Source of the DNA: an uncultured delta proteobacterium
Lineage (GTDB): Bacteria > Myxococcota_A > Polyangia > Polyangiales > B10-G4
Assembly: GCA_963727445.1 (NCBI GenBank)
Contig: CAVSGI010000012.1
Span: 160,001 to 224,000 of the forward strand
DNA: 64,000 nt
Reading direction: 5' to 3'
Within the stretch, counting starts at the first letter, position 1, and the number at the start of each line of letters is the position of its first letter. The notes under the pieces are model-generated. The model made no database searches. It worked only from the letters and a program-made list of their open reading frames with translations, and was not told where the DNA came from. Below, piece after piece: positions 19,147 through 31,388 of the stretch. The translations under genes and the position numbers were made by a program.

Positions 19147-19651
19147 CGGAGACGTCCCCGTCTCTCAACTCTCCACACGAGGAGTCGATGTTTCGAATGT
19201 TCCCGAACGAGCTGCTTTCGCCATTGAAAGTGGAACGCAGGCCCAACGCACTCCTCACCCATCACGTCCTCAACTCACCAGCCTCGCGTCCGGCGCCCCG
19301 CGCCGGACAGAGGCCGCGCAGCGGCCGCGGCCCACCCACGCCCCCGTTCGCGCGACCGCCACCCGCGGCTCTCACCGCGCGCCGTCCCACCAATCACCGC
19401 ACCCCGACCCACGTCTCCGCGCACCGAAGCGCCGGCGCGCCGCCCTCCGGCTCGCACAAATCCCCCCCCGCGTCCCTCATCGGCAACCGCCTGTCAGCAC
19501 CCGATCGGCATCCACCGAGAGCGCTCGACGCGCTGCCATCCACCCCATCCTGCACGCAGCCCTCGCGGTGACCCGCTCCCAGGCGTCCCTCCGTTCACGC
19601 GTTCACCGTTTCTCGCCCCGCGGCGGGCGGGGCGAAGCGCGGCTCCGGCCC

Positions 19652-21055
19652 TCAGTCCAGCTCGGTCTTGCGCTTTGGCCGATACCGCACCCGGATCGAG
19701 GTGCCGTCGAAGCCGAAGCGTCTGCGGATCTGGTTGGCGACGTAGCGCTGATAGCTGAAGTGGACGTCCTCGGGGCGGTTGGTGACGACGACGAAGGTGG
19801 GGGGGCGGACCTCGGCCTGGGTGATGAAGTAGAGGCGGACGGTGCGCTTGCCCTGGGTGGGGGGCGGATGGGTTTCGATGACATCCGCGAAGAAGCGGTT
19901 GAGCTCGGCGGTGCCGATGCGCTTGTCGTGCTCCTTCAGCGCGGCGTCGACGGCGCTCATGATCTTCTGGACGCCGCGGCCCTCCTTGACGCTGGCGACG
20001 ACGATCGGGGCCCATGGCGCGAAGGCCAGGACCTCGCGGGTGCGGGTGATGGCGGCCTTTCGCTCCTCGCCGTTCATCAGGTCCGACTTGTTGAGCACGA
20101 CCACCAGCGCGCGGCCGCGCTCCTCGGCGAGGCCGGCGAATCTTGGCATCCTGCTCGGCCACGCCGTCGGCGGCGTCGATCATCAGCAGCACGCAGTGCG
20201 CCGCTCCATCGCCTTGATCGCGTGGATCACGGCGAGGCCCTCGACGCCTCCTTTGACCGAGCGGCGCCGGCGGATGCCGGCGGTGTCGATGAGCACGAGA
20301 GGGTTCCCGTCGCGCTCGAGCAGCGTGTCGATGGGGTCCATCGTGGTGCCGGGCCGCGCGTCGACCAGGTGACGATCCTCCCCGACCAGCCGATTGATCA
20401 GAGACGACTTGCCCGCGTTCGGCCGCCCCACGATCGCCACCCGCGGACACTCGCGACCCGCGACCGGCTCGAGCGTCTCCGAGACCTCGGGCAATGCCTC
20501 GGCGATCGCGTCCTCGAGGTCGCCGGTGTTGTTCCCGTGAGGCGCCGAGACGGGCAGGATGTGCTCGAGCCCCAGCTCGTAGAGCGCCATCGCCTCGTGT
20601 TCGTGGCGCCGCGCGTCCGCCTTGTTGGCCACCCAGATCACCGGCTTGTCCGCGTGCCGAAGCAGCTTCACCGCTTCGCGGTCCGCGGGCGTGGGATCGG
20701 TACGCGCGTCGAGGACCGCCACGATCATGTCGCACTCCGCGATGGCCAGGCGCACCTGCGGGGCGATCGACTCCGCCATCGGATCCTCCGATTCGGGATC
20801 GAAGCCGCCGGTGTCGACGAGCACGTACTCTCGCCCCCGCGCCACCGCGTCCGCATAGTGTCGGTCGCGCGTGACCCCGGCCACGTCCTCGACGATCGCG
20901 ATCTTCGCACCCGCGAGCCGATTGAACAGCGTGCTCTTGCCGACGTTCGGCCGGCCCACGATGGCGACCACCGGCCGGTTGCCCCCCGCGCCCGCCGGCA
21001 TCGCGTCGCGCGGCCTCTTCCGCGACGCACCCCGCCTCGCACGCGCGTCGCTCAC
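19652..21055 (-). CDS. der: Ribosome biogenesis GTPase Der/EngA (two compensating indels near 20198 and 20140)
   Basis: Two GRPNxGKS P-loops, GVTRDRHY, DTAGIRRR, NKSD, HFSYQRYVANQIRRRFGF. Confidence 0.95.
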
Positions 21056-22002
21056 GGCGAGTCCTCCGTCAGCTCACGCACCCGTCGCGCGTCGCGCGTC
21101 CAGCCCGGGATCACCTTCACGAAGATCTCCAGGAACACCTTCCGCGGGCGACCGGGCGCACCTCCGGCGAGGAGCTTCTCGATCTCCTGCCGCGCTTCCG
21201 TCCCGATGATCTTCAGACGCGAGCCCTTCTTACCGATGACGATGCCCTTGTGCGCGTCCTTGTCGACGATCACCGTCGCCTTGATGCGCGTGAGCTTTTC
21301 GTCCTCCAGGTACTCGTCGAGCTGCACCGCGGCGCCGTATGGCACCTCGTCGCGCGTGTGGTTCATGACCGCCTCGCGCACCAGCTCCGCCGCGAAGAAG
21401 CGCATCGGGCGGTCGGTCAGCATGTCCTCGTCGTAGAGCAGTCCCTCGGGAAGCTGCTGACGGATCTCGCCGAGCAGCCCCTCCAGGTTCGTCCCCCGCG
21501 TCGCCGAGGTCGGCACCACCGCCACCACGCCATCCTCCGCGAGCCACTTCTCGAGGATCGGCAACAGCCGCTCCCGCGGCTTGACCTTGTCCACCTTGTT
21601 GACGACGACGATGATGGGCGCGCCCGTGGTCCGCGCCGCCTCCAGCACCGCCTGGTCGCCCGGATGCCGTTCCGCGTCGTGGTCCTCGACGAAGTCGGTC
21701 ATCAGCACGATGGCGTCCGCATCCGCGAGGCCGCTCCGCGCCGAGTCCGAGAGCGCCTTGTGCAGGGCGGTCTTGCTCTTGCCGATCCCGGGCGTGTCGA
21801 CGAAGGCGATCTGCGTTGGCGGATCGGGCCGGTAGAGCACCCCCAGCACGCACGAGCGGGTGGTCCCGGGTCGCGGCGTCGCGATGGCGAGCTTCTGCCC
21901 GAGGAGCGCGTTCATCAGCGTCGACTTGCCGACGTTCGGCCGCCCCACGATGGCCACGCGGCCTCCGCGCGGTCCCTCTCGATTTTCGTCACCGGTTTCC
22001 AA
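21052..22002 (-). CDS. era: GTPase Era
   Basis: GRPNVGKSTLMN, DTPG, NKVD, EVPY, HKGIVIGKKG KH domain. Confidence 0.96.
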   Translation of the reverse strand: METGDENREGPRGGRVAIVGRPNVGKSTLMNALLGQKLAIATPRPGTTRSCVLGVLYRPDPPTQIAFVDTPGIGKSKTALHKALSDSARSGLADADAIVLMTDFVEDHDAERHPGDQAVLEAARTTGAPIIVVVNKVDKVKPRERLLPILEKWLAEDGVVAVVPTSATRGTNLEGLLGEIRQQLPEGLLYDEDMLTDRPMRFFAAELVREAVMNHTRDEVPYGAAVQLDEYLEDEKLTRIKATVIVDKDAHKGIVIGKKGSRLKIIGTEARQEIEKLLAGGAPGRPRKVFLEIFVKVIPGWTRDARRVRELTEDSP

Positions 22003-22068
22003 AGCGGCCGCACTATGGGCCGCGGGCGCCGCCCGGTCGAGCCTTCGACCTGCTACGCTCCCTCGCCC

Positions 22069-22605
22069 ATGGGCCTGGCCTCCATCATCCTCGGCGTTCT
22101 GTCCTTCCTCGCGATGCTCGCGGGCTTCCTCCTCTCGTGGGTACCGATCCTCGGCACGATCCTCTCCTTCGGAGCGCCCCTGCTCGGCATCGCCGGCATC
22201 GTCACCGGCGGTCTGGGTCTCAGTCGGGCCAAGCAGGAGGGCCAGCCCACCGGCGCCCCGATGGCCGGGCTGATCGTCAGCATCCTGGCCTTCATCCCGG
22301 CGGTGCTGGTCGCCCTCACCTGCGGCCTCTGCAACGCCTGCATGACCGCTGGCGCGATGAACCCCAACAGCAACTTCCAGGTCTACATGGACGGGGGCCC
22401 TTCACAGCTCCACGATCCCTCCTCCGTCCCCGACGGCGGCCCCGGCCAGCCCGGCGTGGCGGCCGACCCGAACGCTCCCGCCGACCCCAACGCCCCCACC
22501 GATCCGAACGCGGCACCCAGCGACCCCAACGCCCCGCCGCCCGCTTTCCCGCCTCCGCCCATGGATCCCCCCGAGGAGGCGGAGGCTCCATCCGAGCCCG
22601 AGTGA
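22069..22605 (+). CDS. DUF4190-like membrane protein with Pro-rich DPNAP repeats
   Basis: MGLASIILGVLS...GLIVSIL hydrophobic helices; DPNAP repeats. Confidence 0.7.
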   Translation: MGLASIILGVLSFLAMLAGFLLSWVPILGTILSFGAPLLGIAGIVTGGLGLSRAKQEGQPTGAPMAGLIVSILAFIPAVLVALTCGLCNACMTAGAMNPNSNFQVYMDGGPSQLHDPSSVPDGGPGQPGVAADPNAPADPNAPTDPNAAPSDPNAPPPAFPPPPMDPPEEAEAPSEPE

Positions 22606-22606
22606 G

Positions 22607-23392
22607 TTGGATCCCATCGTCACCATCGTCCGCATCGGCGACACGGTGCGACCGATCGGCAGCTACGGGCTGATGATGGTCCTCGCGATCCTCGTCGGCT
22701 CGGGCCTGGCGGTCCGCGCTGCGACGCGCGCACGCCTCGACGCCGGATTGGTCATCGCCTCCCTCGGCTACACCGTGACCGCTGCCGGCACCGGCGCCTT
22801 CGGCCTCTTCGCGCTCGTCGAATGGATCCGCACCGGCGACCCGACCACGGCGCTCCATCAGCCGGGCCTCGTCTTCTTCGGCGCGCCCGTCGCGGGCGGC
22901 GTCGCGCTCTATCTCAGCTGCCGCGCCTTCTCGCTCCCCTTCGGCCGCCTCGTCGACCTCGGCACGCCCGCCATCGCGGTGGCACACGCCCTCGGTCGCT
23001 TCGGCTGCTTCCTCGGCGGTTGCTGTTACGGCGCCCCCTGGGACGGTCCCTGGGCGGTCGTCTACACCCATCCCCTGGCGCCCGCGGCGCATCCTTCCGT
23101 CCCGCGCCACCCCGTCCCCCTCTACGAAGCGGGCGGCCTGCTCCTGCTCGCCCTCCTCCTGTCCCTCACCCCGCCCAAGCGCGTCGGAGACGGGCGACGC
23201 CTCCTGCTCTACGCGCTGGCCTACGGCGCGCTCCGTTTCGGGGTCGAGCTCTTCCGCGGAGACGCAGTGCGCGGCCTGTACTTCGGTGGCGCGCTCTCCA
23301 CCAGTCAGCTCATCGCTCTCGCGGTCGCGGCCCTGGCCCTCGCCGGCCTCTACACCAAGCGAGCCCTACCGAGCGCCACCGGGACGGCGTAA
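22607..23392 (+). CDS. lgt: Prolipoprotein diacylglyceryl transferase
   Basis: SYGLMM, GLVFFGA, GRFGCFLGGCCYG, HPVPLYE, RFGVELFRGD. Confidence 0.9.
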   Translation: MDPIVTIVRIGDTVRPIGSYGLMMVLAILVGSGLAVRAATRARLDAGLVIASLGYTVTAAGTGAFGLFALVEWIRTGDPTTALHQPGLVFFGAPVAGGVALYLSCRAFSLPFGRLVDLGTPAIAVAHALGRFGCFLGGCCYGAPWDGPWAVVYTHPLAPAAHPSVPRHPVPLYEAGGLLLLALLLSLTPPKRVGDGRRLLLYALAYGALRFGVELFRGDAVRGLYFGGALSTSQLIALAVAALALAGLYTKRALPSATGTA

Positions 23393-23402
23393 AAGGAAGC
23401 CG

Positions 23403-24281
23403 GTGCGCGCTCCCTTCCTGCTCCCGCTCGTCTTGTTCCTCGGCAGCGCACCGGTTCATCCACCGCCGTCTCCTCCCTCCGGCAGCACGACAACGGTTCG
23501 CGTCCAGGGGCCCGCCATCGTCTGGATCGAGGCCGCCGATTTCACGCGCGGCGCCACCGAGGACGACATCGACTTCGCCGTCGATCTCTGCGCGCGCACC
23601 ACGCCGCGCTTCGAGGCCCGCATCCTCTGTCACCCCGAGACCTTCGCCCACGAGACGCCGCCTCAGGAGGTGCACCTCGACGCCTACGGCATCGACCGCA
23701 CGGAAGTGAGCGTCGCCGCCTACCGGCGTTGCGTGATCGCCGGGGTCTGCACGCCGTCCCGCATCGCCGTCGACAACGACCAGCTGGCGCTCCCCGACTA
23801 TCCGGTCACCGGCGTCGACTTCGCCCAGGCCACCCGCTACTGCGATTTCGTCGGCGGGCGCCTGCCGACCGAGGCGGAGTGGGAGCACGCTGCGCGCGGC
23901 GGCGATCACCGCCGCTTCCCCTGGGGCAACTTCTACAACGACCGCCTCGCCAACCATCTGCAGGGCGCCCTCGACACCGCCCTCGACGGCTACCGCTACG
24001 CCGCGCCGGTGGACGCCTTTCCGGACGGGCAGAGCGCGTACGGGTTGCTCGGGATGGCCGGCAACGCGATGGAGTGGACCGCCGACCTCTACGCGGCGGA
24101 TGCCTACACCACGACCTCCGCGGTCAACCCGCGCGGCGCGCGGGCCGGGGGCCTGCGCGTGGTGCGGGGCGGCTCCTGGCGCTCGTGGGCCTTCACCCTC
24201 CGGAGCACCTTCCGATTCCAGGTCGGTTCCGGCGAGACCCATCCGGACCTCGGTTTTCGCTGCGCTTACGACCCTCCCTGA
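23403..24281 (+). CDS. Formylglycine-generating enzyme (SUMF1/FGE-sulfatase) family protein
   Basis: IDRTEVS, RLPTEAEWEHAARG, GMAGNAMEW, RVVRGGSW, LGFRCA. Confidence 0.92.
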   Translation: MRAPFLLPLVLFLGSAPVHPPPSPPSGSTTTVRVQGPAIVWIEAADFTRGATEDDIDFAVDLCARTTPRFEARILCHPETFAHETPPQEVHLDAYGIDRTEVSVAAYRRCVIAGVCTPSRIAVDNDQLALPDYPVTGVDFAQATRYCDFVGGRLPTEAEWEHAARGGDHRRFPWGNFYNDRLANHLQGALDTALDGYRYAAPVDAFPDGQSAYGLLGMAGNAMEWTADLYAADAYTTTSAVNPRGARAGGLRVVRGGSWRSWAFTLRSTFRFQVGSGETHPDLGFRCAYDPP

Positions 24282-24344
24282 GGTTTCGGCGTGCTCCCAT
24301 CCCCGCTGGCCAAACCGTATCCTCTCCCTTATGCTCCGCGCCCC

Positions 24345-24929
24345 ATGAAGACCCTTGCTTTCGTCGGTCTCGCGTCGACCTTCATCCTGATGGCCGCCGG
24401 CTGTCCGGGTGAGGAAGGCGAGGTCTGCTTCAAAGATGGTGACTGCTCTTCCGGCCTCATCTGCTGCAAGACCACCACTTCGGTCACTGCGCGTGGGCGC
24501 TGCTACGCGAGCGCGGACAGCTGCGGCGTCGTCGCTCGGCCCGACTCCAGCACCGACACCGGGGCGGGCGATGCCGACACCGACGCCTCCACCGATGCCG
24601 CGACCGACACGTCGACCGACGCGCCGGCGGACACTGCGCCGCCCATGGACGCCACCATGCCGTGCGATCCCACCATGGACGAATGCGGCGACGGCTATTG
24701 CTCGCTCGCCAGCTGTGGGGATTCGGTGGGGCAGTGCATGGACCGCCCACTTCGCTGCGACGGGGTCCTCGATCCGGTCTGCGGTTGTGACGGCCGGACC
24801 TACACCAGCGAGTGCGAGGCCAGCCGCACCGGGATTTCCATCGACCACACCGGCGAGTGCGGCACCGCGCCGGACGCCACCGTCATGGACGCCGGGCCCG
24901 ACGCGACCGACGCCAGCACCGGCGGCTGA
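24345..24929 (+). CDS. Cys-rich lipoprotein with a Kazal-type domain
   Basis: Lipobox AAGC; PVCGCDGRTYTSECEA...GEC. Confidence 0.85.
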   Translation: MKTLAFVGLASTFILMAAGCPGEEGEVCFKDGDCSSGLICCKTTTSVTARGRCYASADSCGVVARPDSSTDTGAGDADTDASTDAATDTSTDAPADTAPPMDATMPCDPTMDECGDGYCSLASCGDSVGQCMDRPLRCDGVLDPVCGCDGRTYTSECEASRTGISIDHTGECGTAPDATVMDAGPDATDASTGG

Positions 24930-24992
24930 GCGGAAAATCGGGCGGATCGCCTTCCGACTGGCAAGCGGCGCCTGTACCCTCAGTGGCCCGCG

Positions 24993-26937
<1,945 letters not shown>

Positions 26938-27039
26938 AGGAGCGCCTCGGGGGCGGCTTCGCTGGGTTGACGGTGGTGGCTACGGGGTAGTACCAGGACT
27001 TTCGTTCGGGAATTTTCCGTACGTTCGGGGAGGAGCAAG

Positions 27040-28050
27040 ATGCGATTCTTGGTGGCTCTAACGCTGGTCTGTATGGGTGCGCATGCGCTCGCCCCGGCCA
27101 TCGCGGATGCCCAACGCCAGCGGCGACAGGCCGCGGCGGAAGAGGGTCCGAGCGAAGAAGCCCGTGCCGCTGCGCGCGAAGCGTATGGCCGCGGCCAGAC
27201 GGCTTTCGACGCGGGCGACTACGAGAACGCGCTCGCGGCGTTCCAAGAGGCTTACGAGGCCGTCCCGAATCCGATCGTCCTGGTCAGCATCGCCAACAGC
27301 GAGGAGCGCCTCGGCGACGTCCGGGCGGCGGTCGAGACCCTCGAGCAGTATCTCGAGGAGCGCGCCGACGCTCCGGATCGCGAGGAGATCGAGCTGCGAC
27401 TCGCCGACCTCCGTTCGCGGCCGGCGCATCTGGACATCTCTTCCACTCCGACCGGCGCCTCCATCACCCTCGATGGAGAGGCGCGTGAGGAGGTCACCCC
27501 GGCCGAGATCGAAGTGCCGGCGGGCGAGCACACCATCGGCCTCTCCCTCGAGGGATACGAGGACTCGACCGAGACCGTCACCGTCTCCTTCGGCGAGCGC
27601 ATCGAGCACGCGCCCGTCCTCGCCGAGGCCGAGCCCGTCGCCGACGAGTTCGGCGAAGAAGGGGAGGGTGACGAGTACGACACCGAAGAGGAAGAGACCG
27701 AGGAGATCGAGGAGGAGGAGGGCGTCAGCGCGGGGGTGTGGGTCACTTCCGCCATCGCCGGCGTCAGCCTCATCACGGGCACGGTGTTGGGCTTCCTCGC
27801 CCTCAGCCAGCAGTCCGAGTTCGACGACATGCCCACCACCGATACCGCGGACAAGGGCGAGCTCTTCGCCCTCTTCGCCGACGTGGGCTTCGGCCTCGCC
27901 GCCGCAATGGCGATCACCGCGGTGGTCCTCTACCTCACGAGCTCCGACGACGAGGATGAGGAGGAAGAGGACGAGGAATCCGCATCGCTCACCATCGTCC
28001 CAGCGGTTGGCTCTCACGGGGGCGGCGTCGCCGCCAACCTCACCTTCTGA
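27040..28050 (+). CDS. TPR + PEGA domain protein
   Basis: AREAYGRGQ TPR, ISSTPTGASITLDG PEGA, C-terminal TM/beta segment. Confidence 0.88.
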   Translation: MRFLVALTLVCMGAHALAPAIADAQRQRRQAAAEEGPSEEARAAAREAYGRGQTAFDAGDYENALAAFQEAYEAVPNPIVLVSIANSEERLGDVRAAVETLEQYLEERADAPDREEIELRLADLRSRPAHLDISSTPTGASITLDGEAREEVTPAEIEVPAGEHTIGLSLEGYEDSTETVTVSFGERIEHAPVLAEAEPVADEFGEEGEGDEYDTEEEETEEIEEEEGVSAGVWVTSAIAGVSLITGTVLGFLALSQQSEFDDMPTTDTADKGELFALFADVGFGLAAAMAITAVVLYLTSSDDEDEEEEDEESASLTIVPAVGSHGGGVAANLTF

Positions 28051-28067
28051 TCGTGGAGCGCTTCGAC

Positions 28068-28979
28068 ATGGCTCTTCATCCGAAAAAGTTCCTCACATTT
28101 CTCGTGCTCCTTCCTCTGGCCGGCTGTGAGCTGGTGGTCGATTTCGACCGCACCCTCATCATCGACGCCACGATGGAGGACGCGGGCATGGACGCCGAGC
28201 CCGATGCGGCCGGCGACGGCGGCGATGCTGGCGATGGCGGTGACGCCGGCGACGGCGGCGACGCTGGCGACGCGATGATGGATGCGTCCGGCGATGCGAT
28301 GATGGATGCGTCCGGCGATGCGATGATGGATGCGTCCGGCGATGCGATGATGGATGCATCGGGCGATGCGTCCGGCGACGCGATGATGGATGCGTCCACC
28401 GACGCCTCCGGTGATGCGTCGGGCGACGCCACCGCGGACGCTTCCGCGGTGTGTGGCAACGGCACCATCGAGAGCCCGGAGGTCTGTGACGACGGCAACA
28501 TGCTCGCGTGCGGCACCTGCAGCGCAAACTGCATGGTGGCCCAGCCGCTCGCCGCCGCGACCGGCTCCATCACCACCCCGGTGGCTGCGATGCTGGCCGA
28601 CACCGAGACCTTCGTCCTCGACGACGGAAACCACGCGGCGACCACCTTCGAATTCGACACCGACGCCAGCGCCACCGGCGTCGCCGTCGACATCTCCGGC
28701 GCCACCACCGCCAACGACGTCCGCGACGCGATCGTCGCCGCCGTCAACGGCGCGGCCTCCCTCGACATCACGGCGAGCGCCGGCACCGTGGGTGTGGTCG
28801 ACCTGGTCAACGACGTCAGCGGGTCCGCCGGAAACGTGGCGATCACCGAGACCGTGAGCGACGCTGGCTTCACCGTCACCGGCATGTCCGGGGGCGCGGG
28901 GAACGACTGCATGTCGGGCGACGGTTGCGCCAGCTCCGACGATTGCGAGATGACCTGCACGTCCATGACGTGCGACTGA
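28068..28979 (+). CDS. Lipoprotein with myxobacterial Cys-rich repeat (CGNG...EVCDDGN) and an Asp-rich repeat linker
   Basis: Lipobox LAGC; DAMMDASG and GDAGDG repeats. Confidence 0.82.
   Translation: MALHPKKFLTFLVLLPLAGCELVVDFDRTLIIDATMEDAGMDAEPDAAGDGGDAGDGGDAGDGGDAGDAMMDASGDAMMDASGDAMMDASGDAMMDASGDASGDAMMDASTDASGDASGDATADASAVCGNGTIESPEVCDDGNMLACGTCSANCMVAQPLAAATGSITTPVAAMLADTETFVLDDGNHAATTFEFDTDASATGVAVDISGATTANDVRDAIVAAVNGAASLDITASAGTVGVVDLVNDVSGSAGNVAITETVSDAGFTVTGMSGGAGNDCMSGDGCASSDDCEMTCTSMTCD
28272..28395 (+). repeat. Coding 24-bp tandem repeat (DAMMDASG)
   Basis: GCGATGATGGATGCGTCCGGCGAT repeated about 5 times. Confidence 0.85.
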
Positions 28980-28996
28980 GCGTCGTCCGCTAGCGC

Positions 28997-30289
28997 CTAA
29001 CCGCCCTGATGCTCGCGCGCGGCCTGGGCCGCAGCGCGGGCCTCGTGCACCCGCCAGGCGCGGGAGCGAATGGCGCGGATCACCATGATGCTGGTGCCGC
29101 CGGCGATCCCGTGTCCGAGGGGCGGGTCGTCCGCGACCATGCCCCGGATGAGCCAGCTCGCGTCGGCGGGGTCGAAGTCGGCCCAGCCGACCACCACCGC
29201 CTCGCCGCTCGGATAGCCCATTCGTTCGAAGCGCCAGCGTCCGCCCTCGAGCGCGCCCTCGATCGCGTCGATCGAGACGACGTTGCCCTCTTCGCGAAGG
29301 CGCATCTGTCCGGACGAGCCGATGAGCGGCAGGTTGACGCCCCACTCGAAGTCGAGGTCCTCCTCACCCTGCCGAACCACCCGCGCGTAGCTCCCTGGGA
29401 CCAGGGCCGGCCCGAACTCGCGCGGGTCGGTCATCACCTCGCGCGTGCGCTCCTGACCCTTGCCGATGCGGCCGATCACGGTCACCTGGTTCAGGCGATC
29501 GCCGGTGGTGTCCATGAGCAGCAGATCGCCGCGGGACAACAGCCGCGCCATCGCGACGATGTTCACGTCGGGGCGGCTGAGCGGCGGCCTCTCTTCGTGC
29601 TCGGGCGGGGCGCCGACCAGGCGCTCGGCCTCCATCTTCGTCCCGTGCAACATCACGAAGGCGAGGGTGATGTTCACGGTGCGGTTGATGGAGTTCTGGC
29701 CGCGGTTGATCTGGCGGGTGAGGTAGTTCGCGTCGCGGATGTCGAGGCGCGTGGAGAGCGTCAACAGCGACTCGTTGTCGCCCTGCTGGTACACGCGCCA
29801 GACGAGGCGGCCGGTGCCGAGGTCGCCGCCGGTCGCGCGCGACTCTATCCGGTAGGGCCGGTCACTGCGGCCCTGCGGCGACGGGTAGACCTGCAGCACG
29901 CTGTCGCCGCGGAGGGTGAAGACCGCCGTCTGCCAGGTCCAGTGATACGAGGTCATGTTCTGGCGGTGGTCGGTGATCTCCACCGAGTCGAGCGCCGGCA
30001 TGAAGCGCGGATAGCGGGACGGGTCGGCGATCACCTGGGCCACCCGCTCCGCGGGCGCACGCACCTTCACGGCGAAATGGACACCCGGCAGATCGGCGCC
30101 GCCTCCGCGGAACTCGACGAGGGCGACGGGGCCGCGCTCGAGGTGAGGCGCGAGCACCTCGCGGTCCTGACGGCTGAGGTTCGACAGGCGGGCGTGCTCG
30201 GCATCCCGGGGGTCGTCGCGAGGAGGCTCCTGGGCCGCAGCGACGGCGCTGGTCAGGAGGGCGAAAAGAAGGAAGGGCAGGGCGCGCAT
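28997..30289 (-). CDS. Secreted SRPBCC/START-like protein (two lobes)
   Basis: Signal peptide; VRAPAERVAQVIADPSRYPRFMP SRPBCC motif, with a second degenerate copy. Confidence 0.7.
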   Translation of the reverse strand: MRALPFLLFALLTSAVAAAQEPPRDDPRDAEHARLSNLSRQDREVLAPHLERGPVALVEFRGGGADLPGVHFAVKVRAPAERVAQVIADPSRYPRFMPALDSVEITDHRQNMTSYHWTWQTAVFTLRGDSVLQVYPSPQGRSDRPYRIESRATGGDLGTGRLVWRVYQQGDNESLLTLSTRLDIRDANYLTRQINRGQNSINRTVNITLAFVMLHGTKMEAERLVGAPPEHEERPPLSRPDVNIVAMARLLSRGDLLLMDTTGDRLNQVTVIGRIGKGQERTREVMTDPREFGPALVPGSYARVVRQGEEDLDFEWGVNLPLIGSSGQMRLREEGNVVSIDAIEGALEGGRWRFERMGYPSGEAVVVGWADFDPADASWLIRGMVADDPPLGHGIAGGTSIMVIRAIRSRAWRVHEARAAAQAAREHQGG

Positions 30290-30394
30290 CGAAGGCTTGG
30301 ACGCAGCAAGCGCCTGGTCCTTCAAAATCCCGGGTATCCACGGGCGCCGACCCTGATATGTCCTCATACTTCCGCCGTGCGTGTCCCAGCGAAG

Positions 30395-30553
30395 ATGACC
30401 CTACGGGCGGTCCTTCTTTGGACGATCGCTGCGGTTTTGGCCCTCGCGCTCGCCTATTGGGACTTCTCCGATTCTAGCGCGCCCGCCGCCCAGGCGCCTC
30501 CCAACTCGGCCGAGGACGTGGAGATCGAGGTGGTTTACGAGGTACGGGAGTGA
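30395..30553 (+). CDS. Small single-TM protein (52 aa)
   Basis: MTLRAVLLWTIAAVLALALAYWDF...; stop overlaps the next start (GTGA). Confidence 0.5.
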   Translation: MTLRAVLLWTIAAVLALALAYWDFSDSSAPAAQAPPNSAEDVEIEVVYEVRE

Positions 30554-31374
30554 CGAAGCCGAAGACCCTCCGCTTCTGCACCTTGAACATCTGGAATCGC
30601 GAGGGGCCCTGGGAAGAGCGCCAGAAGGCGATTCGCGCCGAGGTCCTCGCCCTCCGCCCCGACGTGGTCGCTTTCCAGGAGGTGTTGGCCATCACCCCGG
30701 AAGGGGGGCGCGAGACCCAGGCCGAGCAGATCCTCGAAGGGCTCGGGTGGCACGTGGCCTACGCGCCCGGTCACGAGCTCGTCCCCGGCATCTTCTTCGG
30801 CAACGCCCTCGCGAGCCCCCACCCCATCCGCGACGAGGAGCGCATCGAGCTCCCCGGCGCCGATCGAAGCGATCAGGTTCGCTGCATCCTCTCCGCCGTG
30901 GTCGACACGCCCCTCGGCGCGCTCCATGCGTTCTCGACGCACCTCAACTGGAAGCACCACGAGGGCGCCATCCGTCTGGCACAAGCGGTTCGCGTCGCCG
31001 AGGCGGTGGACGCGCGATGTCCCCGCGGCGATGCCCTGCCCCCGGTCGTGTTGGGCGACTTCAACGCCACGCCCGACTCCGATGCCATCCGCTACCTCAA
31101 AGGCCTGCACGTCGTCAGCGGTCGGAGCGTGCATTTCGCCGACGCGTGGACCTGGACGAACAACCAGGAGCCCGGCTACACCTTCGATCCCGACAACGAC
31201 TTCGCGGCCCGACTGCACGAGCCGGCGCGAAGGGTCGACTACATCTTCGTTCGCTGTGACGAGAGCGGCTCGCGGGGCAAGCCCCAGAGCGCACGACTCG
31301 CGTTTCACGAGCCGATCGACGGCGTATATCCCTCCGACCACTACGGTCTGGTCGCGGACGTTCGCTACGACTGA
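30550..31374 (+). CDS. Endonuclease/exonuclease/phosphatase family protein
   Basis: TLNIW, DVVAFQEV, THL, GDFNA, RVDYIF, SDHYG. Confidence 0.92.
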   Translation: MTKPKTLRFCTLNIWNREGPWEERQKAIRAEVLALRPDVVAFQEVLAITPEGGRETQAEQILEGLGWHVAYAPGHELVPGIFFGNALASPHPIRDEERIELPGADRSDQVRCILSAVVDTPLGALHAFSTHLNWKHHEGAIRLAQAVRVAEAVDARCPRGDALPPVVLGDFNATPDSDAIRYLKGLHVVSGRSVHFADAWTWTNNQEPGYTFDPDNDFAARLHEPARRVDYIFVRCDESGSRGKPQSARLAFHEPIDGVYPSDHYGLVADVRYD

Positions 31375-31388
31375 TAAGCTCGTCATAG

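Larger units (their letters stand above)
17968..19565. mobile_element. Putative non-autonomous composite repeat element: ~285-bp imperfect inverted arms (17968-18249 / 19283-19565) enclosing 51-53-bp arrays
   Basis: GGCCGCGGCCGCTGCGCGGCCTCTGTCCGGCGCGGGGCGCCGGACGCGAG on the left is nearly the reverse complement of 19283-19332; homology continues outward. No transposase present; mobility is inferred. Confidence 0.6.

Noticed and set aside
15939..19265. Long ORFs across the repeat region (1108, 618, 295 and 263 aa)
   Set aside because: Open in several frames on both strands because the GC-rich units lack stops; no domain signal; some overlap real genes antisense.
19652..21055. der as a true pseudogene or programmed frameshift
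   Set aside because: Normally essential; the compensating indels lack slippery motifs and match the error pattern seen elsewhere.
23403..24281. DGR target gene (FGE-type C-terminus)
   Set aside because: No template repeat with adenine-specific mismatches and no reverse transcriptase seen in the window.
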